This document shows positions 47,001-60,378 of a stretch of 64,000 nucleotides of DNA, piece by piece. The stretch is from contig JANJGN010000036.1 in the NCBI GenBank assembly GCA_026770705.1, forward strand, positions 2,666,001 through 2,730,000, read 5' to 3'. Position numbers and translations under genes: made by a program. Within the stretch, counting starts at the first letter, position 1. Every line of letters begins with the position of its first letter. The DNA comes from Isurus oxyrinchus. Its lineage: Eukaryota. The notes under the pieces were generated by a model that saw only the letters and a program-made list of their open reading frames with translations, searched no databases and was not told the DNA's origin.

Positions 47001-47993
47001 CATGCGTTCACATGCTGTCTATGCGAATGTCTCTCTCTATCTAGCCGTCCATCTAACTTCAAATGTATAAAATTGCTTCACTTCCCTAATACATTTCGAA
47101 TTTTTATTTTAATGCGCTTGGCGATGTTGGTGACAGTGACAAGACTGACATTAATTGCTCATCCAGAGCTGCCCTCCGTAGCTGGTGCTGGATCTCCTTG
47201 AACCTTGCGAAAGCGCAAAAAGGCTCGAGTTGCAGGATTTCTTCTGAAATACAATGACATTTTCAATCGTTGCTTCCTACCATCTGCAGTTCCCAATTCC
47301 CGGGAGTTCCTCTGCGGCAACGCTTCTCCTTCGGGGGATGGTTCTTGGGGCCGGGAGAAGGAATTGATGGAAACGGAAATGAGGGATCAATTATAGAGAG
47401 GTACTATAACTCTTCGGCGCTCTCAATGCATGTATTAATCACCTGATGTTTGGCACTTTCAGCTGTTTCAATGTGAAATGTCGCTGTTTCAACTCCAATT
47501 ACACTTCACTTTCTAAGAGGCGACATGAACAGTGATGTGGAACTGACACATCAGGAGCATGGGCACAAACCAAGTTGGTCTATGGTGGAATTGTTTCCTG
47601 ACATGTGTAGATACGTTTGACTGAATTGTAACTAAGGTTTTAAATTCGTAATTACTGTCATATGAGTCTAGGGGATTTTGCATTGTGCATACTGCAAGAT
47701 ATCACTGTTTACGTGCACCATAGCACTGCACCAATAGATGAAAATATAGATACGAATTCAACTGAATATGACAAAATTGACATCGATAAGTTTTTGTTGG
47801 TTAAAGTGTTAGGTAAGGAAGGAGAGGAAATGGCATTAAGATACAGATCAGAAAGAAGTTGATTGATAGGCAGAACATGCCCGAAGGGCTGAATGGCCTC
47901 CTGGTGATGGTGTGGCTCACGATAACTGTATGTGTTTTCTCTTACAGATTTTTTTTTTGCTCGGCTGGTGTTTGATGCGCATCCCACAGTCTG
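44056..47993 (+). pseudogene. Family-A pseudogene A3
   Basis: Leader 44056-44098 (ATG>GAG). V remnant 44738-45058 (NDSGMF...MFRNGSKFLI, deletions). C1 remnant about 45160-45451 with stops. TM remnant about 47270-47385. Cyt remnant near 47520. Terminal remnant 47948-47993. FOX:ETS motif at 43866-43880. Confidence 0.85.
46841..46995. other. Assembly gap
   Basis: 155 N. Confidence 1.
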
Positions 47994-50952
47994 ATAGCAA
48001 ACGACATTGAGTGCTCAAGTTCTGCTTCCGGGCTATGACGCAATGTGGAAAGTTTTCTCTCTTGTGTTCTTATTGGAGGAAATCCTGGAGTTGTGATCCT
48101 TTCCAAGGGGTTGCCATCTCAAATTCTGTTCCCGTTGAATTCATATTTATTAATAGTAATGAGCAATGCAGCCTACTGATTCGTCACCTACTGGAGAGTC
48201 TTCAAGTCTGAAGGAACAGATTCCATTTCAAGTCCAATTTTGCCCTTGGAAATTTTAGCTTTCTGCTCAGTTTCAATATTTTTTTGCTTTCTTCTGGTGG
48301 TGTGTTTAAGTTCATTGTGCATCTTTGCGTAGTGCTTCAGCAGGAAGGAGCGAATCAGTGTCCAAGTTAACAACCCATTCAAACATGTTTTGAAACTCAA
48401 GTATTGTATTTGGGAGTTCAGGCTCTTTGATCCCTTAGTGCGTATGTGCTTAGTGATTCGGCAATGGCAGGTTACAGGATATTTTTATAGGCCAGAGGTG
48501 TGCGGTTTAAAAGTGGGAATAATTCTACAAGAATGATACCAGAACTGAGAATTTATAACAACACTGAAGATTGAACAGACTGTGCCCCTTTTCCCCACAA
48601 AAGAGAAGGCTCAGGGGTGACCTGCTAGCATTCAGATGGAAAAACAATGTTTCCATTTGCAGGCAGAGCTGAAGTAAAAGTCATGAACATTAGATAGTCA
48701 CTAATAATTCCAATCAAGGATACAGGAATTCTCCCAGGGGAAAGGGTAGAATGCAAAACTCGCAACCACAGCTAGTGGCCGAGGTAAGGAGCTGAGATGC
48801 ATTTAAGTGGGAAGCTAGAGAAATATATTATCAATAAATCAATAGAAGTCTATGCTGGGGGGTTGTTGAGGGTGTGGGAGGAGCATCGTGTGGAATACAA
48901 ACACCAGCATGGAGCAAAGGATCTGAATGGTCTGTTTCTGCTCTGAAAATAACGTTGAATTTTGCAAAGCAGAAAACATGAGCAGTGACTGAAAGTTGTT
49001 CGCTCTGAAGAGTTTGCATCAATAAAATACTTTCTTCTTCTCACTAAAATAAAAAGTTAAAGCTGAAAGTAGCATTCAAAGGACGTTGCATTGAGGTGAT
49101 CTGATCTTTTTCTGTCACACCATCAATATTATAAACATTAACAAGGAAGGTTTGAGACCACTGCGTTTTCAGATACATGTTACGACTTCAACCATTGTTA
49201 TTCACTGAGCAAGGGAAATCGCAGATGGATGCTTGTCTCACTGGTCATATATAAATATGTATATATATATACATATACACATTTTTTTTGTTTTGTAAAC
49301 GAGGGGAAAACTTTTACGATCCTTATAGTACAATATTTAAGAACATGAAAAAAGAACTTAATCACACAAGATAACTATTTCACGGCTGAAGCAGTCTTAC
49401 AATGTATTCCTCCGAAACAAAACTTCGCTTTTCAGAATGCATAAGTAAACAATTTCGAAGCAGCTCCCTGAGGAACTTAAATCATAAAAATCTAGTAATA
49501 TTACCCATGGCAAATAGTGCTGCTACTTTAGTGCCGTATACCTCACGACTTCTCATTCTCCTCCAGTCGGCTGTGGAAGTCCGAAGGAAGTTCAGAAACG
49601 GACTCCCTCCTGAAAGCAAAAACTTCTCTGTGTTTAACTCTGGTAGCTGCAACATATTCCACATTTTCCACGTCTCAGATCTGGAGTCACTGCATTTCCC
49701 CCCACACAGCCACCTCAAATCAACTGAATATTTCCCTTAAATACTACTTTCCCCCTTTCATCCTGAGCTCCACTGAGCTAAGCATCCCCTTAACTCAAAT
49801 TTTCCAACCTAGAAAATCCTCCATGCCTCTCTCTTGCCTCCACATCCGCATCAAATAAAATTTAATAACCTTCCTTTGTTCTCTTAAGAAATATTGGCAA
49901 TTGAAAAACAAGACCTTATCTAACATCTCATTCAATATTTAGAACAACAACGTGTTTGCTTATAATGCCAACATCACCATAGCCTCTCATTACAAATGCA
50001 TGCATCCAGCTCCTTTGTATTTCATCTCTAATCTCCCACAGGCAATCTGTCTTTACTAATTTTCCCCAGTTTAATTACCAATAGACAGACAGACACACAG
50101 ACACACACACAAACACACACCTACACACATCTTTCTTCATCGAATACCACCATGTCCCCCAAATATATAAAAGCAACATTCATGTTCATTGCACGTACAA
50201 AACTCTACTCATTCACCTTGTTCCCCGACCCCTTGGTACAGTTACACATTAACAGCTTTCTGAGGGAGAGAGATCCAGATTTCCACTCCACCTTCCACAG
50301 GACCTCTTGCTCCAAAACAAGTGATACTCATGTGACAACTCTGACATGTAGGTTTAAAGTTGGACATAAACAAGAAGGGGCTTTGTAAAAACGAAATGGA
50401 GCAATCACGTGTTTTATGAATCACTGCCCGTGTCTTTCTCTTGCTGTGCTCTAATTCAGTAAATGATAGAACACATAATATCTCCGCACTGAGAGCATCT
50501 TAACCCAGGACTGATATTGCCAGATTTGCAGAAATTGCAGTTTGAACCAAGAGACATTTAATTATTAATGAATACCAACATCTGGTGCTTCGTTATAATC
50601 GAAGAATAATTTATTTTATTTACATACAGACATTTGTCAAGAAATGAACATCCTGTCAGAAACTGGACGAGCATAATCAGCAGGCAAATTGCAGAGAAAA
50701 TAAGGAATGTTCTTAGTCTTTGCTCAATGTTTCTTTCACACTGAAATTACACGATAGTGGTGGGATATCCTTAATAATATTTAAAACAACTTCCACATTT
50801 AACAAAATGAGCCAGTCTTTGCAAGCTCTGGCGAGTGCATGGGGAAAGATAACTGTTTCATGGGAGCCCCTTTGGCTCCATGTGTATTTCCACAAGGCTT
50901 TTCGCAAATCCTGTCAACTGCATAATTGATCAGAGAGAAACAGGCAGGATTC

Positions 50953-53900
50953 TCATCTGCGACCCGTCTTCTTTTTTGATCTTTTTTCCAATGCAGCCAA
51001 GTCCATGGACGCGTAGAGAGGTCCGCCTTGTGCCTGGGAGACATATTAAACGTTAACAGCGAAACGTTTCTAAACGATTTCACCCAGAGGGTGGTGGGAA
51101 TTTGGAACTCACTGTCTGAAAGGGTGGTAGATGCAGAATCCCTTAAATAACATTTAAGGAGTATTTGGAAATGCAATTGCGATGCCATGGTATACAAAGC
51201 TATGGGCCAAGCACCAGGAAAATGAGAGTAGAATAGTGAGGTACTTGTTTGACCGGCACAGACTCGATGGGTGGAAGGGTCTTTTTCTGTGCTGTAGACC
51301 CCTATGATTCTCTGACTATGAATCTCTGAGATAGGCAATATTACCCACTCCAGTAGCCGCGTTTCACACAATTATAGAATGATACAGCACAGAAAGTGTC
51401 CGTTGAGCCCATTGTGTCTATGCCAACTCTTTGAAAGAGCTATGCAGTTAGACCTTCTCTGCCCCCATATCACCGCTATTATTTTCCCCTTCCAATATTT
51501 TTCTAATCCCTTCTTGAGGTTTGCTGTTGGATCGGTTTCCATTGCCCTGTATATCAATTTGAGGAATGTTTTGTTTCATTTGTATGTCAAAAAAGTGTCT
51601 GAATTGATGTTTTGAGACCGAGCAACAGAATTTGTAAAGCAACTGGAACTGACCAAAGTTTAATCATAAAACTGGGGTGATGAGTCTTTCAATTTGATTG
51701 GATTATTTTGTTGAATTCGATTATTGTGTTTCGGCGTGTGCCATCTGCACAATTGAGTAGAGGCCACAGAATTCATCACATTGAGAAGTATGACGCAATA
51801 CAATCAAAAAACGTGCGTTAATATAGCGCCTGCCATGAACGAAGAAGCCTCAGAACATTCGCATCCACTTTTTTGAAATGTGGTCTCTGTTCTTAATGCA
51901 AGACGGCAGCGAATCTAAGCACAGTAAGATCCCATAAACAACAATGAATTGATGAGCTAGATAATTTATTTTTTTAAGATGCTGATTCAAAGATGAAATA
52001 TGAAACCCGACACCAGAGAGAACCCCTCAACCCGGCACCTACCATCCTCCCAACACTCCACCACTGTTCTTCTTGCAATAATGGCGGTTATCATAGAGTC
52101 ATAGAAGTCAGCAACACAGAAAATGCCCTTCGGCACATCGAGTCTGTGCCGGTCAAACAAGCACCTAACTATTCTAATCCCATTTTCTAGCACTAGGCCC
52201 ATGGCCTTGCATGCCACGCACTATATTTTATCCCGATCTGAGAGGGCGGACAGGTCCTCGTTTTAACGATTCATGTGAAATCGGCACCTCCGAAAGTGCA
52301 GCACGCGCTTTGGAGTTCAGTGCAGACTCTTTGCTAAGCCTCTGTACACAGACGTACGCACACATACACACATACACACGTGAACACACACACACACACA
52401 AACACAAAACTTCTGCTCAAACTGATTCCTTCTTAGTCCAATTACAACAGCAACACATTTTGATTTATCGACAAAACCCCTGTGGGTTTGGCCTATCTTC
52501 CCTGTAATTCCAATCAGCAATGTATTTTAGTAATTTGTTTCAGTCGGAGGAGGGACAAAGATGGGAGTTGAGTGAGGGGGATAAGAGTCACTGTAGAGAT
52601 AAAAGAAAATAGCAGAAATCTGAGAAAAGAACTGCTGGAAATCCGCCGTTAACCTGATGGGGACATTCGACTCGGAAATGTATCCTGTCCTTTCTATTAT
52701 CAGATGGAATGAGGGACTGGGGGATATTTTCTGATTCCATTTAGAGGGGCGAGTGGGATTTTATACAAATTCAGATGCTCCGGACTGTGACTTGCTCTCT
52801 GGTAAACGCGTGGAATACAGAGCTTGGGAAGCCTTGTACCTTATCATCAAAAAACAAGTTTCTGTCTGTTATTACAACGATTTGAAAAGCACTCACCTGT
52901 ATTGCATCCCGATGAGGCCGCTTTGCCTCTGTTTGACGGTGGTCATCTGTGTTATTAGTGGATAAGCTATAAATTAAAATATTATCCCAGCCTGGTTAAT
53001 ACATAATTATTACAGATAAACCATGTGCCAATGATCCGCCAATGTACCAATGGACCCAATTCGTCAATGGCCCCATTATGTCACCAGGCCCTAAATCCAC
53101 AGAAGGTCCCTCAATACTTCAGTGGAGTGAAAATCGCTAACGGATGGACAAACACTATCTAGTCACTGCAGCCTGTTTTCCAACTGGTATATTGTTGCTA
53201 CTATTATTAACCACTAATTGGCATTTTCAGTGCGACCCACAGACAGCATTATGATTCTGGAATTTGATGGCGGGTAATGCTCTTATGCATCTTTCCAATT
53301 CCACCCACTTGACATTTAATCTGTGCCAACATTTCAATGCAACTTACCCGTTTGTCGCTCATTCCGTCTCTCTCTTTGCTTTCCTTCTCTCTCTCAAGTT
53401 AAACCTGGATGCGAACAAAAACTTCCAGCACATGTTATGTTTTATGAGCCCTGGCGCAGAAGGAAATTGTCGAGCGGTGTTTGCATTAATCTTAAAAGCT
53501 CATGGAAAATGGCAGAATATATCACGGGAATCAATGCTAGGGTTCAACTGTGCTGGACACAATATTAAATATAGACAGGGATTTTGCCATGAAGTTTTCA
53601 AATGGCTCAGTTACTCACTTTTCATTGTGGGATTTCTTGACTCGTTTTTCTGAAAGAAGAAAGTAAATTAGCAGTTCAAAACTACATGCAGGGAGTCACA
53701 TTGGACAACCAACTATGAAAATGCACCTGATAAATATTAATCCTCACCTGATCTACCGCTTTTAGGAATCCAAACAGAAATAAGGACCAAGAGTAGAACC
53801 AGTATCACCAGGATGGTTCTAGTAACATGGAGAGCCGGTCTGCACAATCCTAGCGGGACGAAACAGTTAGAAACTGCTGATTGGTCAAATATTTTTTTTT

Positions 53901-55938
53901 CTCTGGGACTCTGTGATGGGAAACGTGATAAAAAAGAAAGACCGGAAGATAGCGCCAGTGCAGTCTCTTTCAAAGAGGTGACCAATTAGTCCTATTCTCT
54001 CTGCTCTTCCTGCAATATCCCTGAAAAATTCTCTCCATCCGATTCCCCATTTTCAAATTTCCCTTTGAATCTGCTTCCACGGCCCTTTTGGGCAGAGTTC
54101 CAGCTAACAACCCGCTTAGTTAAAGAAAAATCTCCTCATCTTCTCTGGTTATTTCCCCGATTCTCTTCAACCTGGGTCCCTCTGGTTACCGACCGTCTTG
54201 CCCAGTGGAAACAGCTTCTCCTTATTTACCCCATCGAAACCCTTCATGATTTTGAACGTCGCAATTAAATTTCCCCCTGAACCACCTCTGCTCTAAGGAG
54301 AAAAATCCCAGATTCTACACTCTCTCCACAATAACTGAAGTCCTTCATCCCTGGTTCCATTCTGGTAAATCTGCTGTACGCCCTCGCCAAAGGATTCTTA
54401 GCTGTTTCTTGCTTGTAAAGCGCATCTAGTGTGGAACTGACCTCAATATTATTCCAAGATCCACTGCCTAAAGTGGGCGGTGGATGTAGATTCAAAAATA
54501 ACTTTCAGAAGTGGAATCACGTTCTACCTTGACGAGGAAAATGTGTCAGTGTTGCGGGGAAAGGGTGGATCCAATGGGTTAACTCTTACAAGGAGATAGC
54601 TTAGGCACGATGGGCCAAAATTCCTCTTTCCGCGTCCATCGTTCTAGGATTCTACGATGTGAAGGGGAAATATAAGAATAGTCCAGAAATTGTTTACGAG
54701 AAGAAGTCTATACCAGGGGCAAAGGTACCCCAAGCTTATTTTAACATATTTATAAGATGTATATTTATAGTTAAAATAACATCCTGCAGGTTCTCAAAAG
54801 CTAATTATTTTCTCCAATTGACTCATAAGTCGCTTAAAAACCGCCATTGAACAGATTGCCCACTCACCTGTCCCTGCCTCTGCTCGTTTGGAGAACGACA
54901 CGCTTTTTGTCCAATATTTGTTTCGAGACACCAGTTGAACGATACAAATACAGACGCCACCACTTCTTCAGGTGTCCCTCAACACCATGACGTGACTTCT
55001 GATACTGTAAGTCCTGTCCGCTTCCATTGTACCGGGATCGCTCTGTCCCTCGGTGATCAATCCGGAAATATTCCAGAAAATGGAAATCTGGTTGGAAGAA
55101 ACTCCACTGACCAAACACACTAAGGGGACGGTTTCCCTCAAATGCAGCTCACCCGGCGGGACAAACACCAGCACAGTCGTATTGTTGGTGGAACTGTCTG
55201 GACAGAGATTGGAGCACAGTTAACAATTAATTTGCACCAAATGTTAAAGCTGTGCACCACCTGAATTTATTTCACTTACCTCCAACCAGTAGTATGGGTC
55301 CATTGTGCAGCGCTGCATATTTACCTCTACGAGCACAGGAGTAGGAATCCGAGTCATTCACGTGGACATTGCGAATTTCCAGAATCAACACATTTTCGCT
55401 GTTACCTTTTTAAGAAATAAACTTACAATTGGCCCCCTGACAGGACTGGCTGTCGATTAGTTTCTGGGCTTCACCCACACGCTGTTTGTACCAGAAATAG
55501 CTGGACACCAATCCCACTTCGTCACCGTAGTGACAGGCTAATTCCACCGTCTCTCCGACATCAGCAGTCATTATGATGGAACTCTGAGGCAAACGGGACT
55601 CGGATTCTGTAACTAGAGACATTATTGTTAGAGTACAATTGGTTATTGGGGGATTGAAAGCAGCCGCTTCGAAAGACTTCGCCGATAATTTTACAACGCT
55701 TACATGAATGGCTTTAATTTTTCGCGCTTAGATTTATTCTCCAATTTGATTCCTTCTGTTTTTCGGGGAAACCAGTAAAGAAACTCACATGATCAGGTCA
55801 AATGCATGCACTTCGTCACTGGGTCACGTTTTCAGTTTCTTAAATCCTGATTCTGGCTGAGTTCCCACCCGCCTCTTACTCACCATAAAACCTCAGCACT
55901 TGGAAAATGAGCATCAGAAATAAAGATTCCTTAAACAT
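50953..55938 (-). pseudogene. Family-B pseudogene B3 (all 8 exons present)
   Basis: Leader 55884-55938; V 55280-55612 (TAA at 55410-55412); C1 54868-55197 (TGA at 54968-54970); TM 53748-53849 (LCRPALHVTRTILVILVLLLVLISVW); cyt1 53619-53649; cyt2 53348-53398 (+4 nt, acceptor lost); cyt3 52897-52928; terminal 50953-51033 AQGGPLYASMDLAALEKRSKKKTGRR*. Confidence 0.92.
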
Positions 55939-56648
55939 CTTGACGCGGTGAGTTCTCCCTGTTTTCGCTCTTACTAGTTTTTTTTACTGCAGACGGAGTG
56001 GACGCTGACTGACCTGAGCTCAGCCACAGTGAGCTGCTCCCCTTTCAGATGCGGTGGAAACGATGACGAGCTATGCTATGGAAAATGTGACGCCATTTTG
56101 GGTCAGGCGTCCTGGTGAATGCCACATGCGTTTGACTTATTGTGTTCACCATCTGTGCCTCACTGAATGTTTATAAATAAATTTACTGGGATGTCGTTCA
56201 GAAGGGGTGAGATAATAATAATTGTATAGATGAATGCTGAAAAATGCAGTTAAAGTTTAATTCTAGTTTAACCATCCCTAGTTGTCATTGATCCAGTTTG
56301 AAAAACCTCTGTCAGCTCGCTCCTAGTCTTGTCTTTAAAGAAAAGAGACCTAGGCTGTTCAGTTAGTCGTGTTAGTTATAACCTCTCAGCTCCTGTAACA
56401 GGCTTCTCAACATTTTATAAATTCGAGTCCAAATATTTGCAGTAAGTCCATGTGTGGTCTGAACAAGGTAATAGAAACGAACAAAACTTCTTTGTTTTCA
56501 ATTATATTCCTGGCCCCGAAGCTGATTTGCTTTTTGTCCAGATAAGATCACAGGCAAAAGTACCAAAGGGAACTTCCTATAGAATTTTTCACAGAACGAA
56601 TGAACCAACCAATTGATCCGCGTCAGAATCAGTCCAGGACCTGAGGCC

Positions 56649-56871
56649 AAGATAAAAGCAAAATACTGCGGATGCTGGAACTCTGAATTAAAAACAGAAA
56701 ATGCTGGAAAAGCTCAGCAGGAAGATTCGGAAGGAGGGTCACACGGAGTGGAAACGTCCGGTCTGTTTCTGTTTCTGTTTCTGACCAGATGAGCCTTTCC
56801 AGCATTTTCTGATTTTAGAGATGCCGGGAGACCTGCTGATTTTTTCCAGCATTTTCTATTTTTATTTCAGA
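56649..56871. mobile_element. Short inverted-repeat (Penelope-type) insertion with 10-bp flanking direct repeat
   Basis: AGAAAATGCTGGAAAAGCTCAGCAGG ... CCTGCTGATTTTTTCCAGCATTTTCT; ACCTGAGGCC at 56639-56648 and 56872-56881. Confidence 0.6.
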
Positions 56872-59800
56872 ACCTGAGGCCTCTGTTTACCGGTTTTGAA
56901 TTTAGATCCTGAACGGGGATCACACTCCCGCATTCTGCTGTTGAGTGAGCGGCTTCACTGTAAATAACCCGGGTAGAACAGGCTCACGTAACCAGCGGCA
57001 ATAACAGTGGACATGATTTTTAAAAAGCACCACAATAAGGGAGCGTTGTTAAACCCCGAATATATAAGGAGATTTTTCCCTGTCTGCCATCTGTTAGTAA
57101 CCTCGGGAATAAAGATTTCCGACGGGATGTCCCAACGGAACGTTGCAGATTTTCCAAAAGATCTGCCTTAGGGTTTAATGAAAACTAATTCTCAGCCGAA
57201 ATTCAGCGCAAGGAGGGCAGAGAGAATCTGCGGGAATCGGTAATGAGAAAATCATTTAGAGCAGTGAAACTGAGGGACAGTGGGTGAAAAGTTTATCAGA
57301 AACGCATATAAAAACACACCTTGCTTTATCTTTTGCTGAAGGCAGCAGTCTACTAATTTATTTGTATCCATTCATGGGATGTGAGGGTCGCGGGATAGGG
57401 CAGCGTTTATTGCCCGTACCTAGTTGCCCCTTGAGAAGGTGGTGAGCAACTTTCTTGAACCGCTGCAGTCCCTGTGGTGTCGGGGGACCCACAGTGCTGT
57501 AAGGAGAGGAGTTCCAGGATTCTGATCCAGAGATGGTGAAGGGACAGCGACGTAGTTCAAAGTCAGGATAGAGTTTGTCTTGCGGGATAATTGGAGTTGG
57601 TGGTGCTCACTTGCCCCCTCTCCCATTTCTCTTCCGGGTGGTGGCAAACTTAGCGATTAGTTGCAGTGCTGCCTTTGTATGGATAGTACAAACGGCAATG
57701 TCTCTGATGAAGGGAGTGCATCAATTGCGAATAATATTGGGGATCAGTTTTTTTTAATCACATCCCGGCATCGCAGATAAACAGTGACCCGGTGTCAGGT
57801 CGGTGAGGAAACTGTAAATGAGCTGAATGTATACCAGACTGTTCTCTGTTCAGTTGAATCTACCCTGGACGGGCAAGAACACTTCTGTCTGCGGTTTAAC
57901 ATTAAGACAAATGCAGGCGGTTCTGTACATGATACGCCTCAACTGTAAAAACAATAAAAACACCAAGAGCGAGGCGCCTTTCTGAGACTCGCAGTAAACA
58001 GCCGCGGTCACAGCCAATGCGCCTCTTTCCTGCCCAGCCTGACAAGGTTCTGCAAGGTTCACTGATTCTATTCTTTGTATCCAAGTTCAAGCATTTCAGC
58101 AGAACAGTTCAGACACTCAGTAAGGAGCAACACTGTCTGCTCATTTCAGAACACATTCTTACAGTAATTCATTCTACCATGTTAGTCACATTTGGATGAA
58201 TGTATCTCCCTCTTCTCTCCCAGCTTCCGTTCCTAGGCATTCTCCTGAAGATTCCCTGCCATGGGTTCCTATGGAGTCTTGCAGAGAATTTGCAGCATGG
58301 ATTTGCTGTTTTGACTTTATAATTGGCTCAAGTTTCCCATGAGGGAGTCCCATAAAAGAATGATTTGACCCAGCAGTAGTTTCTAATTAATTGGTCTCGG
58401 TTGGGATGGTGCATTTTGATCCATTGCCATAACCGTGGCCATCATCCGGGTTCTTTTCGTCATCCTGATTCTGAATTGGATCAGTAAAGCGGTTGATCGA
58501 GTGAGTATTGTTCTTTAACAGGGACATTTTAATAAGCGTTTCTTTACTGTGCATCGCTTTTAAATATTACACTGGCTTGAATCTGAAAGCCGATTGATCA
58601 TCTCCCACAAAGAAAATCAACTAGCTGAACCTATTTGTAAAGCCCTTCAGCAACAATTTCGTTTTATTTAAAACTGAGTCTAAACCAGTTCAACGCAAAC
58701 ACCTTTTTGCATGGTAAAGATATTTTAATATTTTCCACATTCTATTCAGTTTGATTCTGAGATCAATGGACAATTCATATTTCAAAATGTTTTCAAATGT
58801 TCGAAGATGAAAAGATCAGAAGAAATCGGAGCATGAGTAGGCCCTCGATCCTGCTCCGCAATTCACTAAGTTTTCGGCTAATCTGATTTTGGGCTCAGGG
58901 GCGCTTTCGTGTCCATCATCCTAGACTCCCTTGTCAACCAGAAATCCACCCAATTCTCCCTTGAATATATGCAAATGGCCTAGGATCCAGTGCTCTCAGG
59001 GGAAGCGAATTCCAATAAACTAACGACCAACCGAGAGAAGAAATTCCTCCGCATCTCCTTCTTAAATGGAAGATCTCTTGTTCTTAAACTCGGCCCCTAG
59101 TTCTTCATCCTCCCACGAGCTGATACATCTTCTCAGCATCTACCGTGTGAAGCATCGGCAGAACCTTGTGTTTCAATCAGTTCATCTCGCATTCTTAGAC
59201 TTACACCCAGAAATGCTTGTTTGATATTTTTGCCTGCTGAAAGTTTTAGATTGCAAAGAATATTTCTCCCGATTAACAGAGGTTATTAGGAGTCTGTAAT
59301 GATCATCTTTATTTGTATCCCAATACCTATTTTCGTTCTAACTGGAATCTCTCTGTCTCCTAAAAATATTAACATAACTTAAGGCTTATGGAGCAAAGCC
59401 TTATCCAGGAATGCATTTGGCTGCATTCACATCACCACCAGTAGGAAGGCGGGAAAGGTGGGAGAACTCAAAACGATCCTATCAGCTTTCCAAGGGATCG
59501 ACTGTTGGCCGGATCCCTAATGTAACAGTCAGTGCAAAGCATTGGATACTCTCAAGCAATAACAAAACTATCGTAAACTGGGCTGGTTAAGACAATTTAA
59601 GTTCATTTGCGTGGAGAGAGAGATGCGATTAACTACCATGGGTGAGGTGTTTGTGTGTGGCGGGGTTTCAGCGGGATGAGGGGTAATGGATATGGGGGTG
59701 GGTGGCGTTGGTGAGGTCCAGGGCAAAGGGTCATTAACTTCACATTAGGGCAGGCCATCCAAGGGCGATGTCCGGAAGCAAGACACACCCCACTCAAAGA

Positions 59801-60034
59801 AGTGGCTGCCGGGACTTTAGGCTGCTATTCGCCACTGAAAACATGATGTATGATGACGGCTCAGGTACGTGAAGGCCTCTGAAATTGTAGGGTAATTGGT
59901 GATTAACACAGATAATATTTAACAAAAATCATACACTCCACAGACACCTTCACCTTGAGCAGTGTCCCTCCACTGGATACTTTCGGAAAACCTCTCTCCC
60001 TATCACTCATTGACACACTCCCATCATGTGGAGC

Positions 60035-60378
60035 CTCCCTCACTTGTACAGGTACATTATCCTGCATGTGTGAATTGCTAACTCTTACAGATAAACAGGA
60101 CATGGTGATCCACTATTTCTCCCTCACTTGTACAGGTACCATTATCCTGTATGTGTGAATTGCTAACCCCTACAGATATACAGGGCACAGTGATCCACTC
60201 TATATCCCTCGCCGTACAGTACATTATCCTGTATGTGTGAATTACTAACTCTTAGGGACATGCAGGACACAGTGATCGTCTCAGTATCCCTCAGTTGTAC
60301 AGGTACCTTATCCTGTCTGTGTGAATTCCTAACTCTTACAGATATAAAGGACACAGTGATCCTCTCTATATCCCTCGG
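60035..60378. repeat. Minisatellite, about 4 copies of an ~85-bp unit
   Basis: Unit approximately TCCCTCACTTGTACAGGTACATTATCCTGTATGTGTGAATTGCTAACTCTTACAGATATACAGGACACAGTGATCCACTCTATA. Confidence 0.9.

Larger units (their letters stand above)
43720..48800. repeat. Inverted segmental duplication of about 1700-6420
   Basis: For example 48180-48540 is the reverse complement of 1960-2340, and 43720-44270 of 5880-6420. Confidence 0.88.

Noticed and set aside
60035-60378. CRISPR-like array
   Set aside because: Eukaryotic DNA; whole units repeat with no unique spacers.
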